Part shown: positions 39,308 to 49,541 of the stretch, piece by piece | Layout of the letters: each line of letters starts with the position of its first letter | Numbering within the stretch: the stretch's first letter is position 1 | Assembly (NCBI GenBank): GCA_016208965.1 | Contig: JACQXB010000023.1 | Location: 25,904-89,903 of the forward strand | Source: Nitrospirota bacterium | Lineage (GTDB): Bacteria > Nitrospirota > Thermodesulfovibrionia > UBA6902 > DSMQ01 | Reading direction: 5' to 3' | Length of the DNA stretch: 64,000 bases | The notes under the pieces: generated by a model | Told to the model about the DNA's origin: nothing | Seen by the model: only the letters and a program-made list of their open reading frames with translations | The model's database searches: none | Translations under genes and position numbers: made by a program

Positions 39308-40645
39308 ATGAACAAAAGAGGTTTTATCTTATTAGCTTGTGCCATAAGTGTTTTATCAATCCTTTTAACATTCAACGGTCTCCTTGCTTCTCAGGAATAT
39401 TCTTTATCAGACCTATACAAGCTCGCCCTTGAACGAAGTGAGACCATACAAATAGCGAGAGAGGAACTCTATATCTCAGAACAGGGGAAGGACAAGGCTT
39501 TCTCCGCATTTCTTCCAACATTTTCTGCCTTTGGAAGTCATATAAGATACAGCGGAGAAAAACGCTCATCCATCTCTGTCTTACAACCTGATTACAGCAA
39601 CTCCTGGGGGGTCAGATTAGACCGGTCCCTATCTTTAGGGGGACAAGAAGTCATATCCTATGGGATTTCAAAAGATAGCATCCAAAAAAGCATATACGAC
39701 CTTAACAAAGTTAAGGAAGACTATCTATTAAGTGTGGCTGCTGCATATTATGATGTGTTGAAATCAAAAAAATCACTGGATATAGCAAAAGCAAATGTTG
39801 AGAGGCTTACAAAACACAGGGATGCAGCAAAGACAAGGCTTAAGATAGGAGAGGTTACAAAGACAGTACTTTTAAGGGCAGAGGCAGAACTTTCAGGCGC
39901 CCAGTCAGATTTGATAAAGGCTGAAAATAACCTGAAACTTGCAAAGATAATACTTGCAAGGATTGTAGGCATAACAGAAAATTATGATGTGAAAGAGAGT
40001 CAGGAGTCAACAGATTTAAAAAATATAGTACCTGCTGACTGCCAACTGTCAACCATCGACTGCCTTAAAGAAAAAGCAGTGTCTGAGAGGACAGAGTTAA
40101 AAGCCATTGCCATTGAAAAGAAAATAGCGGAAGACAAGATTAAATATGCAAAAGGCTCATACTGGCCTACACTTTCAGTTGAGGGTGTATATTCCAGAAA
40201 AGAGGACTACCCATCTTCAGTCTCTGCCGTTGGGGAGACCATATACGGTGGACTTAAACTTGATTTCCCATTTTTTGAGGGAGGGCTGCGGATGGCGGAG
40301 GTGCGGGAGGCAAGGGCGAAACAAAGACAGACAGAATACCGTTTCTCAGATTTAAAAAATTCTATAAATATAGATGTTGAAGATGCGTATTTATCTGTAA
40401 TTACACAATCTGGAATTTTAACAAAACTTGAGACACAGGTAAACTATGCAATGGATAATTATAATGCTGTGTCCAAGCAGTTTGAATATGGACTCGCAAA
40501 CAGTATAGATGTTATGGATGCAAATACACTGCTCGTTACTGCAGAGAGAGAACTTGCCAATGCAAGATATGATTATCAGTTAGCAATCTTAAAATTAAAA
40601 CGAGCAACCGGGACGCTTCTGAAGACAGCAGTCAGTATGCAGTAG
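39308..40645 (+). CDS. TolC-family outer membrane efflux protein
   Basis: Signal peptide and two OEP repeats. Confidence 0.9.
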   Translation: MNKRGFILLACAISVLSILLTFNGLLASQEYSLSDLYKLALERSETIQIAREELYISEQGKDKAFSAFLPTFSAFGSHIRYSGEKRSSISVLQPDYSNSWGVRLDRSLSLGGQEVISYGISKDSIQKSIYDLNKVKEDYLLSVAAAYYDVLKSKKSLDIAKANVERLTKHRDAAKTRLKIGEVTKTVLLRAEAELSGAQSDLIKAENNLKLAKIILARIVGITENYDVKESQESTDLKNIVPADCQLSTIDCLKEKAVSERTELKAIAIEKKIAEDKIKYAKGSYWPTLSVEGVYSRKEDYPSSVSAVGETIYGGLKLDFPFFEGGLRMAEVREARAKQRQTEYRFSDLKNSINIDVEDAYLSVITQSGILTKLETQVNYAMDNYNAVSKQFEYGLANSIDVMDANTLLVTAERELANARYDYQLAILKLKRATGTLLKTAVSMQ

Positions 40646-40704
40646 TCAGTGAACAGTGGAAAATAAGAATAAAGAATAAAAACAAGAATAGGAGTGAATA
40701 CATC

Positions 40705-41790
40705 ATGAAAAGAATTTTTTTATTATGCTGTTTACTCTCTACTGCCTACTGTCTAATTTTTCTTCCTGCGTGTAAGAAAAAGGAAGCAAGAACAACTCCA
40801 GAAAGGGTTATCAATGTTCAGGTTCAGGCTGCCAAGAAAAAATCCTTTAGACCATTTATAGAAACCATTGGCACATTAAATCCCTATGAGGAGGTCATTG
40901 TAAGTGCAGAGGTTGATGGCATTCTGAAGGACGTAAAGGTTGATGAAGGAACAGTGGTTTCAAAAGGAATGGTTCTGGCAGCTATAGATGATACAGATTA
41001 TGACCTTGAGGTTAAGAAGGTAGAGGCGGCTTTGAAACAAGCAGAAGCATCTCTTGCAAATACACGACTTGAGTACCAGCGAAATGAAACCCTTTATAAA
41101 GAAGAACTCGTGACTAAACAAAAGTTTGATGATGTATCAACAAGGCTCTCTATTGCTGAGGCTGATATTGACAGGGCAAAAGCAGCGCTCGCTATCGCAA
41201 AACAAAAACTCACAAAAACAAAAATCTACTCTTCGCTAACAGGATTGATAAAAGAAAAGAAGGTTTCAGTAGGTGATTATGTAAGAAATGGCACAAATCT
41301 TTTCGTAATCATCCAGAACAATCCTCTTAAGCTAAATTTTACAGTTACGGAAAAGGATGTAGGGAAAATTAAAAAAGGGCAGGAAGTTACATTTAAAGTA
41401 GATGCCTTTTCTGATAAGGAATTCAACGGAAAACTAAGCATCATCTATCCAGGTCTTGATGAGAAGACAAGGACGCTTCAGGTAGAGGCATTAGTCCCCA
41501 ATCCTAAAGGGCTTTTAAAATCAGGGCTCTTTACACATGTAACATTATATACAGGTGGTTTAAAGGATACTGTTGTTGCTCCGATAACATCTCTACTCTA
41601 TGAGGGAGAGAAAATAAAGATTTTTGTGGTAGAGGAAGACAGGGCAGAGGAGAGACCGGTGAAAATAGGTAAAAAGCATGGCGAAATGATGGAGATTACC
41701 CAAGGATTAAGAGAGGGAGAGCAGGTAGTTGTGGTGGGACAACAAAATCTCTCCGAAGGAATAAAAATCAATGTATCAAACAGACAGTAA
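40705..41790 (+). CDS. RND efflux periplasmic adaptor (lipoprotein)
   Basis: Lipobox LPA-C, lipoyl/hairpin pattern. Confidence 0.9.
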   Translation: MKRIFLLCCLLSTAYCLIFLPACKKKEARTTPERVINVQVQAAKKKSFRPFIETIGTLNPYEEVIVSAEVDGILKDVKVDEGTVVSKGMVLAAIDDTDYDLEVKKVEAALKQAEASLANTRLEYQRNETLYKEELVTKQKFDDVSTRLSIAEADIDRAKAALAIAKQKLTKTKIYSSLTGLIKEKKVSVGDYVRNGTNLFVIIQNNPLKLNFTVTEKDVGKIKKGQEVTFKVDAFSDKEFNGKLSIIYPGLDEKTRTLQVEALVPNPKGLLKSGLFTHVTLYTGGLKDTVVAPITSLLYEGEKIKIFVVEEDRAEERPVKIGKKHGEMMEITQGLREGEQVVVVGQQNLSEGIKINVSNRQ

Positions 41791-41864
41791 CGTATCGCGG
41801 TATATGCAGAATACAGAAATTCCTTTAACTTTTAACTTTTCACTTTCAACTTTTAACTTTACCT

Positions 41865-44800
41865 ATGTGGCTCGCTAATACCTCAATTAAACGTCCAGTC
41901 TTTGCAACAATGGTCATTCTCGGACTTGTTGTCATCGGTATTATTAGTTATCCCCGCATCAGGCTTGACCTCTTTCCAAAGGTTGACTTCCCAATTGTGA
42001 ATATCACCACGACATTAAAAGGCGCAAGTCCTGAAATCATGGACATTGATGTGACAGACAAAATAGAAGAGGCAGTGAATACGATAAACGGCGTAAAGAC
42101 CATAACCTCCACAAGTACCGAAGGACGTTCTACAGTTGTAGTGGAATTTGTACTTGAAAGGGACATTGACCTTGCTGTACAGGATGTAAGGGAAAAAATT
42201 TCACTCATAAGAAGACAGCTTCCGAGAGACATAGATGAGCCGGTTATAGAAAAGGTTGATCCTGACGCAACCCCTGTTATGTGGCTTGGCCTGTCAGGTG
42301 AAAAGTCTGTTAGAGAACTTTCTACATACGCTGATGAGGTATTAAAGGAACAATTACAGAGGATAAATGGTGTTGGCGCTATAAGGATGGGTGGGCTAAG
42401 GCTAAGGCAGGTGAGGCTCTGGCTTGATGCCGACAGGTTGAGGGCGTATCAGATAACGGCTGATGATGTGATAAGGGCGATTCAGAGAGAAAATGTCGAA
42501 CTTCCTGCCGGAAAAATTGAGAGCGATACAAAAGAATACTCAATAAAGATTAGAGGTGAATTTCTGAGGGTGCAGGATTTTAATGAACTTATCATAAATT
42601 ATTACAAGGGCGCCCCTGTGAGACTCAGGGATGTTGGCAAAGCTGAAGATGGAATGGTAGAGAAACATTCAATTGCTCGGTTTAACGGAATGCCAGCAGT
42701 TGGTCTTGGAATACAGAAGCAATCAGGAACCAATACTGTAGAGGTGATAGATAGGATAAAAAAAGAACTTGTAAATATCAGCAGCGCCCTCCCTCCGGGG
42801 ATGAAACTCGGGATAACTTTTGACCAATCCATTTTTATAAAACGTTCCATCAGGGAAGTTCAGAAGCATCTCATCTATGGAGGTTTCTTTGCAACATTGG
42901 CTGTGCTCCTATTTCTGAAGAGCATAAGAATCACATTGATAAGTGCCTTAGCTATCCCGACATCCATAATTTCTACATTCACCATTATGAATGCCTTTGG
43001 TTTTACATTCAATAATATGACAATGCTTGCCCTCTCCCTTTCTATTGGCATCCTTATTGATGACGCTATCATCGTCATTGAAAATATTCACCGGCATATA
43101 GAGGAAGGCATGGCTCCACGAGAGGCTGCATCTTTTGCAACCTCTGAGATAGGGCTTGCGGTTATGGCAACGACCTTTGCTATTGTTGCCATTTTCCTTC
43201 CCGTGGCATTTATGAAAGGCATTATCGGAATGTTCTTCCTCCAGTTTGCACTTACTGTTGTTTTTGCAGTGCTGGTGTCGCTGTTTGTCTCTTTTACATT
43301 AACTCCGATGCTGGCATCGCGGTATTTAAAAAGTCGGGAGTCAGGGGTCAGAAGTCAGAATAATCCCCCCATCCCCCCCTTTGACAAAGGGGGGATGGGG
43401 GGATTTTGGCTTGAAAAAGGATATGAAAAGATAAAGGAGCTTTACAGAGAGTTGTTAAAGGTTGCCCTCAATCACAAGGCAATTGTAATAATACTCGCGA
43501 TAGGCATCTTTGTCTTCAGTCTTTTTATTACAAGATTTCTGGGTAAGGAATTCGTACCCCCTGAAGACCAGAGCAGATTTATTGTTAGACTCAAGGCGCC
43601 CATAGATTATTCTGTAGATGAGGTAGACAGGCTCTTCAAAAAGGCAGAGGACATTATTAGACATACCCCTGAGGTAAAGACTGTATTTTACGCACTGGGA
43701 CTTGGTGGAGAGGTAAATAAAGGAATAATGTTTATTAGTCTTAAGCCAAGAACTGAGAGGGAAAAGAGTCAAGGGGAGATAATGGCAGGGGTGAGAAAGA
43801 AATTCAGGCAGATACCAGGACTTCAGGGAACTGCGGAAGACGTTTCACTTGTGGGAGGCGGTGTCAGGATGGTTCCTATTCAATACAGTATAAGGGGAAG
43901 GGATTTAGAGAGACTTAAGGAATATACAACCTCTATAGTCTCGGAGTTTTCAAAACTGCCAGGCATTGTTGATATTGATACATCCTTAGAAACAGGAAAA
44001 CCTGAATTCAGGGTCTATATAGACAGAGATAAGGCAGCAGACCTCGGGGTTGATATAGCAACCATTGCAGAGGCAGTAAACTTCCTTATCGGAGGAGAAG
44101 TTGATGTAACAAAATATAAGGATGAATCAAGGGGCAGAAGATATGATGTGAGGGCAAGGCTCTTTCCTGATAATAGGACAGACCCTGATGATATAGGAAG
44201 ACTCTATGTGAGGGCAAAAGACGGAAGGCTTGTAGAACTTTCAAATGTTGTTAAAATTCAGGAGGCGGGTGGCCCAGGCACCATAAGCAGGGTTGACAGG
44301 CAAAGGGCTATAACCCTCTTTGCAAACCTTGAAGGTAAGCCGCTCGGCACTGCAAAGGGAGAACTTGATGAGATAGCAAGGAAAGTCCTTCCGCCGGATT
44401 ATTCAGGGATGTACAAAGGGATGGGTGAGATGATGGGAGAATCCTTCAACTATCTGATGTTCGCCCTTATCCTTGGTATCATTATGGCATACATGGTACT
44501 TGCCTCACAGTTTGAAAGCTTTATCCATCCTTTTACAATCTTGCTTTCTCTGCCATTTACCTTCATTGGTGCATTCGGTGCCCTCCTTATTACTGGGAAA
44601 ACCATTAACATCTTCAGTCTCATAGGAATCATTCTCTTGATGGGGCTTGTGAAAAAGAACGCTATCCTTTTAGTTGACTACACCAATACACTCAGGACGA
44701 GAGGAATGGAAAGAAGAGAAGCCATCCTTCAGGCAGGACCTGTGAGATTACGTCCCATACTCATGACAACCTTTGCAATGATATTTGGGATGATGCCCAT

Positions 44801-44960
44801 TGCAATTGGAATCGGGGAAGGCGCTGAAACACGCGCACCTATGGCAATTGCAACTATTGGAGGGCTGCTTACTTCCTTGTTTCTGACCCTTGTCGTTGTG
44901 CCGGTGGCATATGATTTGTTTGATGAGTTGCAGGGAAAGTTCTTTAAGAAGAAAAAATAA
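41865..44960 (+). CDS. RND efflux permease (AcrB/MdtB-like)
   Basis: SIKRPVFA, GILIDDAII, KKNAILLVD, RLRPILMT. Confidence 0.95.
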   Translation: MWLANTSIKRPVFATMVILGLVVIGIISYPRIRLDLFPKVDFPIVNITTTLKGASPEIMDIDVTDKIEEAVNTINGVKTITSTSTEGRSTVVVEFVLERDIDLAVQDVREKISLIRRQLPRDIDEPVIEKVDPDATPVMWLGLSGEKSVRELSTYADEVLKEQLQRINGVGAIRMGGLRLRQVRLWLDADRLRAYQITADDVIRAIQRENVELPAGKIESDTKEYSIKIRGEFLRVQDFNELIINYYKGAPVRLRDVGKAEDGMVEKHSIARFNGMPAVGLGIQKQSGTNTVEVIDRIKKELVNISSALPPGMKLGITFDQSIFIKRSIREVQKHLIYGGFFATLAVLLFLKSIRITLISALAIPTSIISTFTIMNAFGFTFNNMTMLALSLSIGILIDDAIIVIENIHRHIEEGMAPREAASFATSEIGLAVMATTFAIVAIFLPVAFMKGIIGMFFLQFALTVVFAVLVSLFVSFTLTPMLASRYLKSRESGVRSQNNPPIPPFDKGGMGGFWLEKGYEKIKELYRELLKVALNHKAIVIILAIGIFVFSLFITRFLGKEFVPPEDQSRFIVRLKAPIDYSVDEVDRLFKKAEDIIRHTPEVKTVFYALGLGGEVNKGIMFISLKPRTEREKSQGEIMAGVRKKFRQIPGLQGTAEDVSLVGGGVRMVPIQYSIRGRDLERLKEYTTSIVSEFSKLPGIVDIDTSLETGKPEFRVYIDRDKAADLGVDIATIAEAVNFLIGGEVDVTKYKDESRGRRYDVRARLFPDNRTDPDDIGRLYVRAKDGRLVELSNVVKIQEAGGPGTISRVDRQRAITLFANLEGKPLGTAKGELDEIARKVLPPDYSGMYKGMGEMMGESFNYLMFALILGIIMAYMVLASQFESFIHPFTILLSLPFTFIGAFGALLITGKTINIFSLIGIILLMGLVKKNAILLVDYTNTLRTRGMERREAILQAGPVRLRPILMTTFAMIFGMMPIAIGIGEGAETRAPMAIATIGGLLTSLFLTLVVVPVAYDLFDELQGKFFKKKK
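43362..43405. repeat. 44-bp G/C palindromic element, copy 4 (in frame)
   Basis: Encodes NPPIPPFDKGGMGG. Confidence 0.95.
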
Positions 44961-45065
44961 TTTCATGAGAGGATTTAGCCCCGAATTTTCTAACGGGGTC
45001 TGCAGATTGGCTGACTTGAAAAAATGGCTAAAACAATGTATCCTTACTGTAAGGAGGTAAGGAAT

Positions 45066-45305
45066 ATGCTTGCAAAGAAAACTTCAAAGAACCAACTTAC
45101 ATTGCCGAAGGAAATCGCTAAGTCTTTCCCTGATACCGAATACTTTGATATTTCAGTAAAGGACAGAAAAATAATCCTTATGCCGGTCAGAATAACTCAT
45201 GCAGATATGACACTTGAAGGAATAAGGGACAAAATGGAGAAGCTCGGAATTGCCGAGGAAGATGTTGCCGATGCAGTTAAATGGGCAAGAAAAAAGAAGA
45301 GATAA
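45066..45305 (+). CDS. AbrB/MazE-type antitoxin
   Basis: KTSKNQLTLPKEI; AAGGAGG RBS. Confidence 0.85.
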   Translation: MLAKKTSKNQLTLPKEIAKSFPDTEYFDISVKDRKIILMPVRITHADMTLEGIRDKMEKLGIAEEDVADAVKWARKKKR

Positions 45306-45718
45306 AAAAGGTTGTTCTTGATACAAACGTCCTGATTTCTGCCTTGCTTTTCAGGGGAGAGACGGCAAGATTAGTTGAATTATGGAAAAAAGGCAGGATA
45401 ATCCCTGTAATTTCACGGGAGACCTTTGAGGAGTTCAGGGACGTCCTTGCATATCCTAAATTTCGTTTAAATGAGGGGGAAATAAAAACGATTATTGAAG
45501 AAGAAGTCCTTCCTTTTTTTGAAGCAATTGAAATAGAGAAAAATATCAGCGGAATATGCAGAGACCCAAATGATGATAAATTTATCACATGTGCCATTTC
45601 TGCTCCGGCCGATTATATTGTCAGCGGGGATAAAGACTTGTGCGATTTGGGCAGTCATAAATCCGTGAGGATTATAAAGGTTTCAGACTTCTTAAATAAA
45701 GTTGCAACATCTGCATGA
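45281..45718 (+). CDS. PIN-family putative toxin
   Basis: VVLDTNVLISA, CRDPNDDKF, IVSGDKDL. Confidence 0.9.
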   Translation: MGKKKEEIKKVVLDTNVLISALLFRGETARLVELWKKGRIIPVISRETFEEFRDVLAYPKFRLNEGEIKTIIEEEVLPFFEAIEIEKNISGICRDPNDDKFITCAISAPADYIVSGDKDLCDLGSHKSVRIIKVSDFLNKVATSA

Positions 45719-45880
45719 AAAATTTAATGTCAGCGAATAATCTGTCTACGACTCGTAGAGGGATTTTATAGAGAAAAAGAAAACGAGTAGCCATGCTCAA
45801 AACCAATGAGGTGGCGGATATGGATTTATCAGACTCGTTTGATTCGTTGAATCTAAATCATTCATAAATTATTATTCCCC

Positions 45881-46655
45881 CGTTGCCTCACCTAAAAATC
45901 TACACGAAATGACTATTCGTTGCCTCATGTAAAATCTACTCCAAAGATAGCTTTAAGCTTAAAGCTTCTTAGCTTATAGTTTATAACTACAAGGTCTATC
46001 TCTACAAAACCAGGCCTCTGCTCATCCCACTCTGAATATGTCCATTTTTAGCTATAAGCTTCTTAGCTTATTAGCTTACACCATAGCAGTGTCCCAGGTT
46101 TTGTATTTAATCTGCCTTTTATTTGCTGCTTCTTCCTTTCCTTTGCTAAGAGCCTGTCTATTGTTGCAGGACTTATCCTCAGAAGCTTTTCCCTTGTCCC
46201 TCTGTTCCCGAATAGTCGGGACAATTTCTTTGTGCTGTTCTAACTTGAAAATGAGTTCCTTTAATACCGGAGCAAGCCTCTTGCCGCAAATATAGTCCAT
46301 TATTTGCCATATCTTTTTAAGTGCTATGAATACCTTTTATTAGCTTTAAGCTTTTAGCTATTAGCTTTAAGCTTACAGCTTCTTAGCTTCTTAGCTTCTT
46401 AGCTTTTAGCTGCCTTTGCCTTTTATGTTTCTTACTGGCATCCCATATTATTACTGTGCTGCAATTGACAGATGCCTTCCTTCCATGATTCCGTAAAATG
46501 TAAGACGCATAACAACGAACATAACTCTTTCATCGTTAACCCCATTTTGCCTCCTGTTTTATATTTTTTTTCAGGAGACAATTGTCTAACTTTTCGTATA
46601 GATTTTTAAATGAGGCAACGATTCTCTTTCATATAGATTTTTGATGAGGCAATTC
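45881..46655 (-). mobile_element. Internally deleted IS remnant (integrase-core DDE transposase, ISNCY-like)
   Basis: Two tandem CGTTGCCTCA..AAAATCTA units at each end in inverted orientation; fragments MGLTMKE, YASYILR, IWQIMDYICGKRLAP, TKPGTLL, PGFVEIDLV. Confidence 0.75.
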
Positions 46656-46791
46656 GTCTTATTGACTTGCTTTCTTGTAGACACTACAATATCTTCAAGG
46701 TGAGAGAGCCTGATTTACAACAGTCTTTATTTTAAGCGGACAGTAGTGATACAGTATAATAAGTGATAGATAACAGTAAGGAGGATTAAAT

Positions 46792-47004
46792 ATGGAGAAT
46801 ACTAAAACTGACACTGAGTTAAATATTTTTATCAGCAGTCTGAAAGCACAAATGAATGTGCTGGAAGCTAAAATCAAACAGGTGCAACCATCTGTTACTA
46901 TTAAAAAGTTTGCTGATTTTTACGGCATCTTAGCTGGAATAAGCGAGACTACAGAGGAAGAAATTAACTTAGTGGAATTTAAATTAAAAGAAAATCTTAT
47001 ATGA
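46792..47004 (+). CDS. Putative antitoxin
   Basis: 70 aa with AGGAGG RBS; ATGA overlap with the PIN gene. Confidence 0.7.
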   Translation: MENTKTDTELNIFISSLKAQMNVLEAKIKQVQPSVTIKKFADFYGILAGISETTEEEINLVEFKLKENLI

Positions 47005-47393
47005 CAACATATATTGTTGATACTCATGCGCTTGTCTGGTTTTTAGAGAAAAATTCTCGTCTTAGCGATAATGCTAATACAGCCCTTGCAGATGCCAATA
47101 CTCAAATCATCTTGCCTACCATTGTTTTGACAGAGGTAATTTTTCTTTATGCTAAAAAGAAAATCTCTATAAATCTATCCGCTGTCCTCTCACAAGTAGC
47201 CAATTCCTCAAACTGCATAGTGTATCCCCTTGATGAAGAGGTTGTTTCACGAATCCCAACAGGCATTAATATTCATGATGCTATCATTGTAGCGACAGGT
47301 TTAGTGTTTAAAGATTTAATGGGGCACGATGTTGCTATAGTTACAAAAGATGAATTAATAAAACAGTCAAATTTAATCCGCACTGTGTGGTGA
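47001..47393 (+). CDS. VapC PIN toxin
   Basis: IVDTHALVWF, IHDAIIVAT, VTKD. Confidence 0.88.
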   Translation: MTTYIVDTHALVWFLEKNSRLSDNANTALADANTQIILPTIVLTEVIFLYAKKKISINLSAVLSQVANSSNCIVYPLDEEVVSRIPTGINIHDAIIVATGLVFKDLMGHDVAIVTKDELIKQSNLIRTVW

Positions 47394-47591
47394 TGTCCTT
47401 TCAAACTTGTCAAATTCAGCAAGGCAAAACTGCTTATCCTTCTTCACTGATAAAATACCTCTCAGTAAGTGTAGGGTCAGACACCAAAATTGACATTTAG
47501 AAAGCGTGCGGCTTCTGCGGCAGGAAGCTGAAAACCGCATTGAGCGTATAATTGTAGAGGTGTAGGGAGAGGAAAGATTTAGGGAGGTTAA

Positions 47592-48764
47592 ATGAAAAAG
47601 TTCTTCATTGTTTTTGTATTTATTGCAGTCTCTGGAGTGGTTATATTTCTTACGCTGGGCAATAGAAAAGATGAATTAAAATTCAAGACTGAAAAGATTA
47701 TCAGAGGAGATATATTAGAAACAGTTACTGCTGCAGGCGCAGTGAATCCCGTAACCGCTGTCCTTGTCGGCACTCAAGTGTCAGGGACTATAAAACATAT
47801 ATATGCGGATTTTAATTCCCCTGTCCAAAAAGGGCAACTAATAGTCCAGATAGACCCTGCTACATTTGAGGCACAAGTAGAGCAGGCAAAGGCAAATTTG
47901 ACTGCAGCTAAGGCAAATGTGGAAAAGGCAGAGGCAGGTTTACTTGATGCAAAGAGAACAATGGACAGGTATAAGGAGCTATTCTTAATAAATCTCATTG
48001 CAAGAAAGGAACTTGATACATCTGAGACGAATTATGATTCAGCCGGGGCGCAGGTAAGTGCGGCTAAGGCTCAGTTTGAGCAGGCAGAGGCTCAGATGAA
48101 ATATGCTGAGATAAATCTCAGATATACGAGGATTCTATCTCCAGTGGATGGAATTGTGATATCAAGGAATGTTGATATTGGGCAGACTGTTGCTGCGAGC
48201 TTTCAGACTCCGACCCTATTCACAATTGCCCAGGACCTTACAAAGATGCAAATAAACAATAATGTTGTTGAGGCGGATATAGGTAAGGTCGCAGTTGGTC
48301 AGCCTGTTGAGTTTACGGTTGATGCCTATCCTGACATTATATTTAAGGGCAGTGTATCGCAAGTCAGGAATGCCCCTATAACAGTCCAGAATGTAGTCAC
48401 ATACGATGTGGTGGTTAAGGTTGATAATTCTGAACTAAAGCTTAAGCCCGGAATGACTGCTAATATATCCATAATTGTGTCGGCTAAAAAAGATGTTCTA
48501 AAGATACCGAATGCCACTTTACGCTTCAAGCTATCAGAGGGTCGTAAAGATATGACTGGGGAGAAGGTAAAGGGCAGCGGTGTCTGGATAATTGAGGACA
48601 AGAAACCGAAGCGGATAAAGGTAACCACTGGAATAAGTGACGGCAATTATACTGAATTAATCGCAGGCGATATAAAAGAAGGACAGGAGGTAATAGTAGA
48701 ATCTCTCGTAAAATCTAAAGAAAAACGTGCGACTTCCAGTCCAAGGGGTCCGAGGGCATTTTGA
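47592..48764 (+). CDS. MacA-like periplasmic adaptor
   Basis: VGTQVSG, DFNSPV, GQTVAASFQTPTLF. Confidence 0.9.
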   Translation: MKKFFIVFVFIAVSGVVIFLTLGNRKDELKFKTEKIIRGDILETVTAAGAVNPVTAVLVGTQVSGTIKHIYADFNSPVQKGQLIVQIDPATFEAQVEQAKANLTAAKANVEKAEAGLLDAKRTMDRYKELFLINLIARKELDTSETNYDSAGAQVSAAKAQFEQAEAQMKYAEINLRYTRILSPVDGIVISRNVDIGQTVAASFQTPTLFTIAQDLTKMQINNNVVEADIGKVAVGQPVEFTVDAYPDIIFKGSVSQVRNAPITVQNVVTYDVVVKVDNSELKLKPGMTANISIIVSAKKDVLKIPNATLRFKLSEGRKDMTGEKVKGSGVWIIEDKKPKRIKVTTGISDGNYTELIAGDIKEGQEVIVESLVKSKEKRATSSPRGPRAF

Positions 48765-48765
48765 T

Positions 48766-49452
48766 ATGGCACTTATTGAAGCAAGTGCGGTCACAAAGGT
48801 CTATCAGCTCGGAGATATTGTAGTTAATGCACTATGCACTATTTCACTCAGCATTGAAAAAGGTGAGTTCATTGCAATAATGGGTCCGTCAGGTTCCGGT
48901 AAATCAACTTTTATGAATATCCTGGGGTGTCTTGATAAGCCGACAAAGGGCCGCTATCTTTTAGAGGGCATTGATGTCAGTAATCTCAACAGAGATGAAC
49001 TTGCAAATATTAGAAATAAAAAAATAGGTTTTGTTTTTCAAGGATTTAATCTGCTTCAACGGACATCTGCCCTTGAAAATGTTGAACTACCAATGCTCTA
49101 TAACGGAGTTTCAGCAGAAGAGAGAAGACAGAAGGCAGCCGCGGCTCTTAGGGCTGTTGGACTGGAAGGCAGGCAGAATCATTATTCCACCCAGCTTTCA
49201 GGCGGTGAGCAGCAAAGGGTCGCAATAGCAAGGGCACTTGTTAATGGTGCGCCCATAATACTTGCAGATGAACCTACAGGCAATCTTGACACAAAGACAA
49301 GTACCGAGATAATGAGGCTTTTGAAAAAACTTAATACAGAATCTAATATCACAGTGATACTTGTAACACATGAGACTGACATAGCCGCTTACAGCAGACG
49401 AGTAATAAAGTTTTTGGATGGTTGCATTGTGAGTGATGAACATATAAGCTGA
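48766..49452 (+). CDS. MacB/LolD-type ABC ATPase
   Basis: [31 protein letters not shown]. Confidence 0.92.
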   Translation: MALIEASAVTKVYQLGDIVVNALCTISLSIEKGEFIAIMGPSGSGKSTFMNILGCLDKPTKGRYLLEGIDVSNLNRDELANIRNKKIGFVFQGFNLLQRTSALENVELPMLYNGVSAEERRQKAAAALRAVGLEGRQNHYSTQLSGGEQQRVAIARALVNGAPIILADEPTGNLDTKTSTEIMRLLKKLNTESNITVILVTHETDIAAYSRRVIKFLDGCIVSDEHIS

Positions 49453-49459
49453 CAACAAT

Positions 49460-49536
49460 AGTGTCAGAGAGTCAAAGTGTCAGAGCTTTGAAACTTTGAA
49501 ACTTTGACACTTTGATACTTTGATACTTTGATACTT
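49460..49536. repeat. Octamer repeat arrays (inverted pair)
   Basis: AGTGTCAG/AGAGTCAA followed by a run of CTTTGANA units; related arrays at 26863-26955 and 53193-53270. Confidence 0.8.
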
Positions 49537-49541
49537 TGTAT

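Noticed and set aside
45881-45946. 37-bp-period repeat as a CRISPR array
   Set aside because: Mirrored in inverted orientation at 46591-46653 around transposase fragments, so these are IS end repeats.
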